This document shows, piece by piece, positions 39,590-48,522 of a DNA stretch of 64,000 nucleotides. A program made the translations under genes and the position numbers. Origin of the DNA: Elusimicrobia bacterium CG_4_9_14_3_um_filter_62_55 (lineage in GTDB: Bacteria; Elusimicrobiota; Elusimicrobia; UBA1565); contig PFUL01000024.1 in the NCBI GenBank assembly GCA_002790095.1, forward strand, positions 45 through 64,044, given 5' to 3'. The notes under the pieces are model-generated. The model was not told where the DNA came from. It worked only from the letters and a program-made list of their open reading frames with translations, and did no database searches. The number at the start of each line of letters is the position of its first letter. Position 1 is the stretch's first letter.

Positions 39590-40669
39590 ATGCCGACGAA
39601 AGAACAAATTTTAAAGGCCCTTTCCTCTTGCATCGAGCCCGAGCTCGGCAAGGACATCGTGTCGCTTGAGATGGTTCAGAATCTGACGGTCGAGAACGGA
39701 ACCGTTCGCTTCGACTACCGTCTGACGACTCCGGCCTGTCCGCTGAAGGAACGCATGGAGCGCGAGGCTCGCGCGGCCCTCGAGAAGGTCTCCGGAATCA
39801 CCTCGGTGGAAATCAACATGGTCTCCGACGTGAAGCAGGACGTGCGCCTGAGTCAGGCGCTTCCTCCCGGTGTGAAGAACCTCGTCGCGGTCGGCAGCGG
39901 CAAGGGCGGGGTGGGGAAGTCCAGCGTCGCGGCCAATTTAGCGGTTTCTCTGGCCCGGGAAGGGGCGCGGGTCGGCCTGATGGACGCCGACGTCTACGGC
40001 CCCAACCAGCCCCAGATGTTCGGCATCCACGACTACGTCCCCGAGGCCGACGGGGAAAACAAGATAACGCCCCCCGAAAACCACGGCGTCAAGGTTTTCT
40101 CGATGGGGTTCCTTATGAAGGCGGATCAGCCCGCGATTTGGCGCGGTCCGATGCTTCACGGCGCGATTCAGCAATTCCTGAAGGACGTCCGATGGGGGGA
40201 ATTGGACTACTTGATCATTGATTTGCCCCCCGGCACCGGGGACGTGCAGTTGAGTCTTTGCCAGTCCGTTCCGCTCGTCGGCGCCGTCGTCGTCTCGACG
40301 CCCCAGTCGATCGCCCTTTCGGATGTTCGCAAGGCCGTCGCGATGTTCAAAAAAATGAACGTGCCGATCCTCGGACTCGTCGAGAACATGAGCGAGTTCG
40401 TGTGCCCGAACTGCCGCACCGTGACGCCGATTTTCAAAAAGGCCGGAGCGAGGGAACTGGCCGACGAGCACCGCATTCCGTTCTTAGGCGAAATTCCCCT
40501 CGACCCGGCGGTCTGCCTCGCGGCGGAGAACGGGACCCCCGCCGTCCTCGTCGATCCGAACAGCCCGACGTCCACCGCGCTGAGAAGCGTCGCCCGTCAG
40601 GTGGCGGCCCAGGTCAGCCTCCAAAATCACAACCGCAAACAACTTAAGGTCGATCTCGTCGCTCAATAA
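39590..40669 (+). CDS. Mrp/NBP35 (ApbC) Fe-S cluster carrier ATPase
   Basis: LTTPACP, GKGGVGKS, DADVYGP, WRGPM, DLPPGTGD, ENMS and CPNC. Confidence 0.95.
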   Translation: MPTKEQILKALSSCIEPELGKDIVSLEMVQNLTVENGTVRFDYRLTTPACPLKERMEREARAALEKVSGITSVEINMVSDVKQDVRLSQALPPGVKNLVAVGSGKGGVGKSSVAANLAVSLAREGARVGLMDADVYGPNQPQMFGIHDYVPEADGENKITPPENHGVKVFSMGFLMKADQPAIWRGPMLHGAIQQFLKDVRWGELDYLIIDLPPGTGDVQLSLCQSVPLVGAVVVSTPQSIALSDVRKAVAMFKKMNVPILGLVENMSEFVCPNCRTVTPIFKKAGARELADEHRIPFLGEIPLDPAVCLAAENGTPAVLVDPNSPTSTALRSVARQVAAQVSLQNHNRKQLKVDLVAQ

Positions 40670-40672
40670 CCC

Positions 40673-41356
40673 GTGGCCGGCAATCTCCGAGCGCTTATCG
40701 CAGAATTCCTGGGGACCTTCGCTTGGGTTTTCTTCGCCGCCGGAGTGGTCTGCTCCGATGCCAGCTTGGGCGGGTCGATCGGCCCCGCCGGAATCGCACT
40801 CGGCGTAGGACTTACGGTGGCCGCCGTATTCGGAATTTTCGGAAAAGCGGCCCGCGGTCAGTTCAACCCGGCCTTCACGCTCGGCCTGGTCGCCGCCCGC
40901 CGACTCGACATCGTGCAAGGCGCGCTTTGCCTGGTCAGCCAGCTTTTCGCCGCGGCGCTGGCGGGTCTTTTCCTCGCAAGGGCGTTCGCCCACGCTCCGA
41001 TTCTCGCCGAAGCGCCGTTTCTGGGAACCCCGATGCCCTCGGGAGTCGGGTTTCGCGGCGCGTCTTTGCTCGAAGCCGTCGCCACGATGATGCTCGCGAT
41101 GGCCGTCTACGCGCCCGGCGCGGCGGACCGCTCCGGCCGCGCCTCTTTGATCTTCACAGCGATCGCGGCCGGCGCCGTCGCCGCGTCCGCCGCTCTCGTC
41201 CTCGGACCGTTGACCGGGGCGGCACTCAACCCCGCGCGCGCCTTCGGGCCCGCTCTGGCGACGGGGTACTGGCATCAGCATTACGTCTATTGGGCGGGTC
41301 CGCTCGCGGGCGGCGCCGCGGGAATGGGATTGTCCCGATTCCTGTTCGATCGTTGA
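40673..41356 (+). CDS. Aquaporin (MIP family)
   Basis: AEFLGT, two NPA motifs (FNPAFT and LNPARAFGP) and YWAGP. Confidence 0.92.
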   Translation: MAGNLRALIAEFLGTFAWVFFAAGVVCSDASLGGSIGPAGIALGVGLTVAAVFGIFGKAARGQFNPAFTLGLVAARRLDIVQGALCLVSQLFAAALAGLFLARAFAHAPILAEAPFLGTPMPSGVGFRGASLLEAVATMMLAMAVYAPGAADRSGRASLIFTAIAAGAVAASAALVLGPLTGAALNPARAFGPALATGYWHQHYVYWAGPLAGGAAGMGLSRFLFDR

Positions 41357-41413
41357 GCGGGCGGGGCGAACGCAATTTTTCTATAATCGTCGAGCATCTC
41401 GGAGGAGGAACCC

Positions 41414-42871
41414 ATGAGCAAAATGAACGTCCAGGCCGGATCGATCAAGGATTTCAGACAAAACGACGAGCCTCTCGGTCTTTTCGCCTTTGAGGAAGGC
41501 GGCATCGCCGCGCCCTTCCTTTCCAACGCCGCGAAAAAAGAGATCAACGCGGCTCTCGAGGACGAAGGCTTCAAAGGAAAGGCCGGCGAAACAGCCTCGC
41601 TGCGCGCCTCGGACGGGGAAACCTCCCGCCGCCTCCTCGTGGTCGGCCTCGGCAAGAAGAAAGGCTTTACCGCCGACTGCCAGCGAAAAGCCGCCGCCGC
41701 TCTCTTCGGCGCGGCGAAGACCCGCTTCAAGTCGATTTGGTTCTCCGCCCCCGGCGATCTGCAGGCCGCGGCTGAAGGGCTGATGCTCGCCGCGTACTCT
41801 TTCAACAAGTACACGGAACCCTGCAAGGACCGCAAGCTTGAATCGGCCGTCCTGCTGACCCAAAAGGCCGGCGAGAAGAGCAAGGCTCAGGCCGCGCTCG
41901 AGCGCGCCGCGCTCTTCGCCGAAGCCGTCTGCTGGGTCCGCGACCTCGTCAACGACGGACCTTCCGACCAAAGCCCGGAAGCGCTGATGAAAACCGCCAA
42001 GAAGGAAATCGGCGGCGGAGTCACGCTGAAGGTCATCGACAAGAAAGAGGCCGAGAAGCTCGGCATGGGTTCTTTTCTCGCCGTCGGCCGCGGCTCCTCG
42101 CAGCCGCCGTTCATGCTCCATTTTACTTACAAGCCGAAGGGCAAGGCCAAGAAAAAGATCGCCTTGGTCGGCAAGGGCGTCGTCTTCGATTCCGGCGGAT
42201 TGTCTCTAAAGCCCGCCGCTTCCATGGAAACGATGAAGTGCGACATGGCCGGCGCCGCGACGGTACTCGCCGTCATGCGGGTCCTGCCGAGGCTCGGCGT
42301 GAAAGCCGAGGTCCACGCCATCACGCCCCTGACCTACAACATGACCGGAGGCGACGCGATTAAGCCCGGCGACGTGGTCAAGGCCTCCAACGGAAAGACG
42401 ATCGAGATTCTCAACACCGACGCGGAAGGCCGCTTGATCCTCGCCGACGCCCTTGTGTACGCGTCGAAGCTCAAGTTTGACCTGATCGTAGATCTCGCGA
42501 CTCTCACGGGAGCCGCAGTCGTCGCCCTCGGCAACGACGTCACCGCCGCGATGACCAACGACCGCGCCGCGCTGCAAAAGCTTCTCGGCGTCGCGAAGAA
42601 GACCCAGGAACAGATTTGGGAACTTCCGCTCGTCGAAGACTACAAGAAGCAAATCAAGAGCAAGGTCGCAGACCTCAAGAACATCGGAAACCGCGGAGAA
42701 GCCGGCACGATCACGGCCGGCCTCTTCCTGCAGGAATTCGTCGACGCGAAGTCCTGGATTCATCTCGACATCGCCGGGCCCGCGTGGACCGACGGGGGCG
42801 GGGACTACTGCCGTCCGGGAGGGACCGGCACGATGGTCCGGACCCTGCTTGAATATCTGACCACGCTGTGA
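41414..42871 (+). CDS. pepA: Leucyl aminopeptidase (M17)
   Basis: GKGVVFDSGG, MKCDMAG, NTDAEGRL, ATLTGA and HLDIAG. Confidence 0.95.
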   Translation: MSKMNVQAGSIKDFRQNDEPLGLFAFEEGGIAAPFLSNAAKKEINAALEDEGFKGKAGETASLRASDGETSRRLLVVGLGKKKGFTADCQRKAAAALFGAAKTRFKSIWFSAPGDLQAAAEGLMLAAYSFNKYTEPCKDRKLESAVLLTQKAGEKSKAQAALERAALFAEAVCWVRDLVNDGPSDQSPEALMKTAKKEIGGGVTLKVIDKKEAEKLGMGSFLAVGRGSSQPPFMLHFTYKPKGKAKKKIALVGKGVVFDSGGLSLKPAASMETMKCDMAGAATVLAVMRVLPRLGVKAEVHAITPLTYNMTGGDAIKPGDVVKASNGKTIEILNTDAEGRLILADALVYASKLKFDLIVDLATLTGAAVVALGNDVTAAMTNDRAALQKLLGVAKKTQEQIWELPLVEDYKKQIKSKVADLKNIGNRGEAGTITAGLFLQEFVDAKSWIHLDIAGPAWTDGGGDYCRPGGTGTMVRTLLEYLTTL

Positions 42872-43434
42872 ACCCGGTGACCGAGACGACGATCGCGGAC
42901 CGCGTCCGCGAGATCATCAAGGACCTTGGGGAAGATCCCTCGCGCGAGGGGCTGATAAAAACGCCCCTGCGCGTGGAAAAGGCCCTCAGGGAACTTACGG
43001 CGGGCTACGCGGTGGACATCGACGCGCTCATCAACGAGGCCCTCTTCGACGTCCAATACTCCGAGATGGTCATCGTCAAGGACATCAGTTTTTACTCGCT
43101 CTGCGAGCATCATCTGCTCCCGTTCTTCGGAGAGGCGACGGTCGCCTACATTCCGGAGAAACGGGTGGTCGGTCTCTCCAAGATCCCGAAAATCGTCGGT
43201 GTATTTTCGCGTCGCCTTCAGGTTCAAGAACGGATGACCCAGCAAATCGCGGAAACGCTCGAAGAAAAACTGAAGCCCAAGGGCGTCGGAGTGATCATCC
43301 GCGCTCGTCATATGTGCATGGAAATGCGCGGAGCGCAAAGCGCGCACTCGCCGTCGTTGACGAGCGCGATGCTCGGGATTTTTCGTGAGGACGCTCGCAC
43401 GCGCGATGAGTTTCTGACTCTCGCGAAACACTAG
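42868..43434 (+). CDS. folE: GTP cyclohydrolase I
   Basis: SLCEHHLLPF, GLSK, RRLQVQE and HMCMEMRG. Confidence 0.96.
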   Translation: MNPVTETTIADRVREIIKDLGEDPSREGLIKTPLRVEKALRELTAGYAVDIDALINEALFDVQYSEMVIVKDISFYSLCEHHLLPFFGEATVAYIPEKRVVGLSKIPKIVGVFSRRLQVQERMTQQIAETLEEKLKPKGVGVIIRARHMCMEMRGAQSAHSPSLTSAMLGIFREDARTRDEFLTLAKH

Positions 43435-43452
43435 CGGCACGAAAGTGCCGCT
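43433..43452. other. GNRA-tetraloop hairpin between folE and tal-pgi
   Basis: AGCGGCAC-GAAA-GTGCCGCT with no U-tract. Confidence 0.6.
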
Positions 43453-43499
43453 GTGCCGGGCGCTCAGGAAACGCCCGGTGCTGAAAAGGAGAAAAACAT

Positions 43500-46220
43500 A
43501 TGTCCAACCCCCTTAAGGATCTGTCGAATTTCGGGCAGAGCCCGTGGATGGATTTCATCAGCCGGCCGATGCTCGAATCGGGCGAACTCGCGAAGATGCT
43601 GGGGGAGGACGGCGTCAAAGGGGTCACGTCCAACCCGTCGATCTTCGACAAGGCCATCTCGAGCGGATCGGATTACGACGGAGGCATTCAAGCGGCGCTC
43701 GACGCCGGCGTGTTCGAACCGGAGGCGATTTTCGAACGCTTGGCGATCCGCGACATCCAGGACGCCTGCGACATCCTCAAGCCCGTCTATGAGGAAAGCG
43801 CGGGCGTCGACGGCTACGTCAGCCTGGAAGTCTCCCCGACGCTCGCTTACGACACCGAGGGAACGTCCGCCGCAGCCGAGCGTCTGTTCGCGGAGGTGGA
43901 CCGCCCGAACGTGATGATCAAGATCCCCGCGACGAAGGAAGGACTCCCCGCGATCGCGTCCTCGATCGGAAAAGGGATCAATATCAACGTCACGCTCATC
44001 TTCTCGCTCGAGCGCTACATGGAAGTCATGAACGCGTACCTCGAAGGCCTCGAACGCCTCGCGCAAAACGGCGCGCCGCTCAATAGCGTCGCGTCGGTCG
44101 CGAGCTTTTTTGTCAGCCGCATCGACTCCGCCGTCGACGACCGACTGCCGCCGGATTCCCCGCTTCGAGGGAAGATCGCGATCGCGAATGCGAAGACGGC
44201 CTATCGACTCTTCCAAAAGGTATTTTCCTCGAAACGGTGGAAAGCCCTCGCGCAAAAGGGCGCGCGCGTCCAGCGGCCGCTGTGGGCCTCCACCGGAACG
44301 AAGGACCCGTCCTACCCGGACACGCTGTACGTCGACTCTTTGATCGGGCCGGATTCGGTGAATACCATCCCGCCGACGACCTGGAAGGCTTTCCGCGACC
44401 ATGGAACGGCCGCGGAGACGATCACCGCGGGCGTCGAAGAAGCCAAAGGACGGCTCGAGGCGCTCACCGCCGAGGGCGTCGATCTCTCCGCGGTGACAAA
44501 CGAACTCGAAGAAAAGGGCGTCAAATCCTTCGCGGACGCCTTCGCGGGTTTGATGCATCACTTGAAGGATAAGGTCGCCTCAATGAGGTCCCGTGACCCG
44601 GGAAACCCGGAGGGAGATTCCAACCCGTCGCCGGAGAGTGAGAGCCTCGTCTCCCGGATCTGGAGCAAGGACGCCTCCGTATGGAAGGACGAGCCATCTC
44701 ATAAGACGCTGATCGAGAACTCGCTCGGCTGGCTCACAGTCGCCGACACGATGGCCGCCCGGACGGATGAGTTGAGCGCGTTCGCCGACGACGTCCGCCG
44801 GGCGGGATTTGAAGCCGTCGTCGTTCTCGGGATGGGCGGATCGAGCCTCGCCCCCGAAGTGCTGCGCCGCAGCTTTTCCGCCAAGACCGGGTTCCCGGTC
44901 CTGCGCGTTCTCGACTCCACGGAACCCGAAACGGTCGAGGCGGTGCTGGGTGCGTCGAACCCGGAGAAGACGCTGTTTATCGTCGCGAGCAAGTCGGGAT
45001 CCACGACCGAACCCATGCGGTTCTTCGATCACGCCTGGTCGAAAATCCCCAGAGGGGAGAACTTCGTCGCGATCACGGATCCGGGCTCGCAGCTCGAATC
45101 CCTCGCGGCGGAGCGGGGATTCCGCCGCTGCTTCCTGAATTTCGCGGACATCGGCGGCCGGTTTTCCGCGTTGTCTTATTTCGGAATGGTCCCCGCCGCG
45201 GCGGCGGGCATCGACACCGGCACGCTTCTGGTGACCGCGAAGGCGATGGCCTCCGCGTGCCGCGACGACAGCCCTGAAAACCCCGGACTGGCCCTCGGAA
45301 CCTGGCTCGCCGATCGGCATGCCGAAGGCCGGGATAAAATCATCTTCATCGCGGACGAAGGCGTCGCAAGCCTGAGCCTGTGGCTCGAACAGCTCATTGC
45401 GGAAAGCACCGGCAAAGAAGGCACCGGGGTCGTGCCCGTGGCGGGCGAACCCGGCGTCGAGACCGCCTACTACGGCGAAGACCGCGCGTTCGTGCGCATC
45501 CGCCTCGCAGAGGCGCACGCGGACGCGCAGCGCCTTCAGAGTCTGCGCGGAAACGGCCATCCCGTCTTTGAGATCGACATGAACTCGCCGATCGCCCTCG
45601 GGGCGGAGTTCTTCCGTTGGGAATTCGCCACCGCGGTCTTGGGCGCGAAATTGGGCATCAATCCGTTCGACCAGCCCGACGTCCAGTCCGCGAAGGACAA
45701 GACGAAGGCGCTTCTGACCCAACTCCGGGAAACCGGAGCCTTGCCCGTTCCCGAAGCGGAACTCGCGTTTTCGCCCGCCGCGGGGGTTTCCTCGCTCGAC
45801 GCGTTTTGGGGCCTGGCGCGTAAAGGGGACTACACCGCGCTGCTCGCGTTTTTGCCGTCCGATCAGGTCGGCTCGGTCGAGGCGAGCTTTGAGGCTCTGC
45901 GAAAGAGCGTCGTCCAGCGGATGAGAACCGCGTGTCAGTTCGGCTACGGCCCGCGCTACCTCCATTCGACCGGGCAGCTGCACAAAGGCGGCGCCGACAA
46001 CGGACTCTTCGTTCTCTTCATGCGCGACGACGGCCCGGAGCTTCCGATCGAGGGGGCGAACCTCTCGTTTCGGCAGCTCGTTCGCGCGCAAGCCATCGGC
46101 GACTTCGAGGCGCTGTGCGACGCGGGACGGCGGGCCGTGCTCATCCGGGTTTCCGGCGACCTGAACGCGGCGATCGCGCGCGTGCGGGAATCGCTGTCCT
46201 CGGCGCCGGCGGCGGTCTAG
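43500..46220 (+). CDS. Bifunctional transaldolase/glucose-6-phosphate isomerase
   Basis: Tal: GVTSNPSIF, IKIPAT, ASFFVSRID, LWASTGTK. Pgi: GMGGSSL, SKSGST, GGRFSALS, AESTGK, NPFDQP, HSTGQLHKGG. Confidence 0.95.
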   Translation: MSNPLKDLSNFGQSPWMDFISRPMLESGELAKMLGEDGVKGVTSNPSIFDKAISSGSDYDGGIQAALDAGVFEPEAIFERLAIRDIQDACDILKPVYEESAGVDGYVSLEVSPTLAYDTEGTSAAAERLFAEVDRPNVMIKIPATKEGLPAIASSIGKGININVTLIFSLERYMEVMNAYLEGLERLAQNGAPLNSVASVASFFVSRIDSAVDDRLPPDSPLRGKIAIANAKTAYRLFQKVFSSKRWKALAQKGARVQRPLWASTGTKDPSYPDTLYVDSLIGPDSVNTIPPTTWKAFRDHGTAAETITAGVEEAKGRLEALTAEGVDLSAVTNELEEKGVKSFADAFAGLMHHLKDKVASMRSRDPGNPEGDSNPSPESESLVSRIWSKDASVWKDEPSHKTLIENSLGWLTVADTMAARTDELSAFADDVRRAGFEAVVVLGMGGSSLAPEVLRRSFSAKTGFPVLRVLDSTEPETVEAVLGASNPEKTLFIVASKSGSTTEPMRFFDHAWSKIPRGENFVAITDPGSQLESLAAERGFRRCFLNFADIGGRFSALSYFGMVPAAAAGIDTGTLLVTAKAMASACRDDSPENPGLALGTWLADRHAEGRDKIIFIADEGVASLSLWLEQLIAESTGKEGTGVVPVAGEPGVETAYYGEDRAFVRIRLAEAHADAQRLQSLRGNGHPVFEIDMNSPIALGAEFFRWEFATAVLGAKLGINPFDQPDVQSAKDKTKALLTQLRETGALPVPEAELAFSPAAGVSSLDAFWGLARKGDYTALLAFLPSDQVGSVEASFEALRKSVVQRMRTACQFGYGPRYLHSTGQLHKGGADNGLFVLFMRDDGPELPIEGANLSFRQLVRAQAIGDFEALCDAGRRAVLIRVSGDLNAAIARVRESLSSAPAAV

Positions 46221-46248
46221 TTTTGTATACTTGAGGCGTCTCCCCGAC

Positions 46249-46322
46249 GCGGGCGTAGTTCAATGGTAGAACGGAAGCTTCCCAAGCTTCAGACGTGGGT
46301 TCGATTCCCATCGCCCGCTCCA
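46249..46322 (+). tRNA. tRNA-Gly (anticodon CCC), CCA encoded
   Basis: Acceptor stem GCGGGCG/CGCCCGC, anticodon arm GAAGC-TTCCCAA-GCTTC, T-loop GTTCGATTC, 3' TCCA. Confidence 0.97.
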
Positions 46323-46386
46323 TGTTCCGGTCTCTCCGGCCTTAGCTGCAAATCGAACACCCGTTGCCGTCGGGGCGCCGGGTCGC

Positions 46387-46468
46387 GGACTGCGAAGTGT
46401 TTTCGGTCCCTTATTACTTTATAGGCGATTGCATATAAAGTAATAAGGGGACCGGAGCGTCGCAGTCC
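46387..46468. repeat. Long imperfect inverted repeat (about 80 nt hairpin)
   Basis: Outer GGACTGCGA/TCGCAGTCC; inner CGGTCCCTTATTACTTTATA/TATAAAGTAATAAGGGGACCG. Confidence 0.85.
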
Positions 46469-46495
46469 AAGAGACTTGGGCTTCTAATCTTGCGG

Positions 46496-46612
46496 TCATG
46501 GATTGCCCCGAATGCGGCGCCCCGCTTTATCCGAAGCCGAATAGGCCGTGGCGGCATAGACGACGTTCATCAAGACGAGCACGAATGGGATCAATGCGTC
46601 GGATAGACCCTG
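46496..46612 (-). pseudogene. Fragment of an MFS transporter gene
   Basis: QGLSDALIPFVLVLMNVVYAATAYSASDKAGRR resembles an MFS helix plus motif A (NxVYA..AYPAGxLSDrxGRR) with a small deletion. Confidence 0.55.
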
Positions 46613-46640
46613 ACATGAGCCCATCCCCAGGATATTCTAG

Positions 46641-46664
46641 ATAAGTATCGATTTAGCTACTTAT
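46641..46664. promoter_or_regulatory. Inverted repeat immediately before abiEi (candidate operator)
   Basis: ATAAGTA-N10-TACTTAT directly abutting ATG 46665. Confidence 0.5.
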
Positions 46665-46910
46665 ATGAAATGGGCCGAAACGCATAAAAAGCTAGCCGCC
46701 TCGGGACTGCGCGCGTTCACCGACCGGGAATTCCGGGCGGTGACGGGCTCGACGCCCGTCTCGGCCAAGTTCCTGCTCATCCGCTATACGAAGAGCGGGC
46801 TCCTGCGGCGCCTCCGGCGCGGCCTGTACGCCGTAGAGGGGGAACTGCCGTCCCAATGGGTCTTGTCGAACCGGCTCTACAAGATCCCAAATCACCGAAT
46901 TCTCCGCTAA
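46665..46910 (+). pseudogene. Truncated AbiEi-like antitoxin (wHTH only)
   Basis: LLRRLRRGLY...SNRLY, then similarity ends; the C-terminal domain is missing. Confidence 0.7.
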
Positions 46911-47598
46911 CTGGCAGACCCAGGAGCTGAGCGTCGTGCGCGAGTACGTCCAGCACGTTCTGCTGGACATCCTCTTTCAGATTAAAGGCGTCGACGCCAA
47001 GCCGGCCTTTAAAGGAGGCACGGCTCTGCGCCTGCTGCGCAACAGCCCGCGGTTCTCGGAGGACCTCGACTTCACCGGCTGGGTCAAGCCCTACCACGTG
47101 GGGGAATGGCTCAAGCAGACCGCCAAGGAAGCCTCGCGGCACGGGCTGGATTTCAAGATGCTGGAATCCAACGAGACGTCCGGCGGATGGTTCGCGCTCA
47201 TGGACACGCAGGTCTACGACTGGCCGGCGCGCATCGAGTGGAACGTCTCCCTGCGCGCCTCCGGCAAGGCCGCGCCCCATGAGACGACGCTCGTGACGTC
47301 CCCGCTGTGGACGTCCTACTCATTGACCTCGCTGGCGACGGACGAGATGGTTTCGGAGAAGATCCAGGCTCTGCTTCGCCGCAAGGAGCCGCGAGACTTC
47401 TACGACCTCTACTTTCTCATGCGCGCGCGTCTCGGCATCAAGAAGATCGTCGGCGCCAAGCCGGATTTGCTGCGCGAGACCGCCAAGCTCAACGTCAAAG
47501 AGGTCGAGAGAGAGCTAAAAGAGTTCCTGCCCCGCAGCCAGTTAGCCATCGCCAAGCAGCTGCGCGACGCCCTGACGCGGGAGCTTGAGCGCCTCTAA
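46888..47598 (+). CDS. AbiEii/AbiGii nucleotidyltransferase toxin (native start probably deleted; first GTG at 46936)
   Basis: FKGGTAL, RFSEDLDF, EKIQAL and RDFYDL; in-frame QITEFSANWQTQELSVVREY upstream of the GTG. Confidence 0.85.
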   Translation, partial: QITEFSANWQTQELSVVREYVQHVLLDILFQIKGVDAKPAFKGGTALRLLRNSPRFSEDLDFTGWVKPYHVGEWLKQTAKEASRHGLDFKMLESNETSGGWFALMDTQVYDWPARIEWNVSLRASGKAAPHETTLVTSPLWTSYSLTSLATDEMVSEKIQALLRRKEPRDFYDLYFLMRARLGIKKIVGAKPDLLRETAKLNVKEVERELKEFLPRSQLAIAKQLRDALTRELERL

Positions 47599-47678
47599 GG
47601 CGGTCCGCGCAGCATTGCAAATAGCCGCTCGATTTTCCACCATAGGGGCCGGAGTTTCAAGCGTCAGGAGATGCCCCT

Positions 47679-48284
47679 ATGGCCCTCAAGTTCGTCTTCA
47701 CCGTCGTCGGAGCGTGCGTTTTCACCGAGATCGTCGGCTACTTCATCCACATCCTGCTCCACTCCAATAAAATCGAGTTTCTGTCGAAGAACCACATGAT
47801 CCATCACCTGAAGGTGTATCAGCCCAAACGCGGAATGCGCTCGGCCGATTATCTCGTTTCGACTTACGGCCGCGCCCAAGTCGACGGCGTCGGGCTCGAA
47901 TGGCTGGGTCCCATCGCGCTGATTCTCGCGGCCTTCTTCGGCGCGGCCTACGCCTTCGGGATGCCGCTTGTGCTTCAAGCGGTTTTCGTCGTCGCCGCGC
48001 TGCTCTGGGGACGCTTCATCTTCGGCGTCATGCACGACGCCATGCACTTGGAATCCTTCTGGATGGCGAAGAACCCGCTCACCCGGCCGTGGTTTCTCCA
48101 CGTGCGCAAGCTCCACGACATCCATCATCTCTCGATCGAAGACGACGGACGCATGACGACGAATTTCGGCATCTGCTTCTTCTTTATGGACCGCCTCTTC
48201 GGTTCGCTGAAAACGAAAATGAGTTCGTTCAACGAGAAGGGGTATAAGACCGCGCTCGAACGCTACGCCTACATCAACGCTTAA
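47679..48284 (+). CDS. Sterol desaturase/fatty acid hydroxylase superfamily protein
   Basis: Four His boxes (HILLH, HMIHH, HDAMH, HDIHH), NFGI and TM helices; AGGAG SD. Confidence 0.88.
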   Translation: MALKFVFTVVGACVFTEIVGYFIHILLHSNKIEFLSKNHMIHHLKVYQPKRGMRSADYLVSTYGRAQVDGVGLEWLGPIALILAAFFGAAYAFGMPLVLQAVFVVAALLWGRFIFGVMHDAMHLESFWMAKNPLTRPWFLHVRKLHDIHHLSIEDDGRMTTNFGICFFFMDRLFGSLKTKMSSFNEKGYKTALERYAYINA

Positions 48285-48522
48285 GCGAGATTGCCAGCGC
48301 CAGGCACGCGATCGCCAACGAAGCGTACGCGGCCCATTTCGCGAAGACCAGTTCCCGCTCGAGCGCCCAAAAATTTTCAAGGATGCGCTCCTCGAAGTGC
48401 TTGAGCTCCTTTTCGATCGCCGCGACCTTCTCCGGGTCGCCGCCTTTTTTGACTAGTTCGCCCAGGAGCGGACCGAGCGTCGCCGCGAGCCCGATGACGG
48501 TTTTTACGGCGGCGGGATTCAT
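48274..48522 (-). CDS. Small hypothetical membrane protein
   Basis: Coupled (ATGA) to the upstream gene; C-terminal hydrophobic helix. Confidence 0.6.
   Translation of the reverse strand: MNPAAVKTVIGLAATLGPLLGELVKKGGDPEKVAAIEKELKHFEERILENFWALERELVFAKWAAYASLAIACLALAISLKR

Noticed and set aside
43500-46220. Transaldolase-PGI fusion as a novelty
   Set aside because: A known bifunctional family
46141-46323. 60-aa ORF MERAMGIEPTSEAWEA...
   Set aside because: It is the reverse complement of tRNA-Gly
46300-48300. Active integrative element at tRNA-Gly
   Set aside because: No integrase, and I could not find a duplicated tRNA 3' end by eye; reported only as a decayed islet
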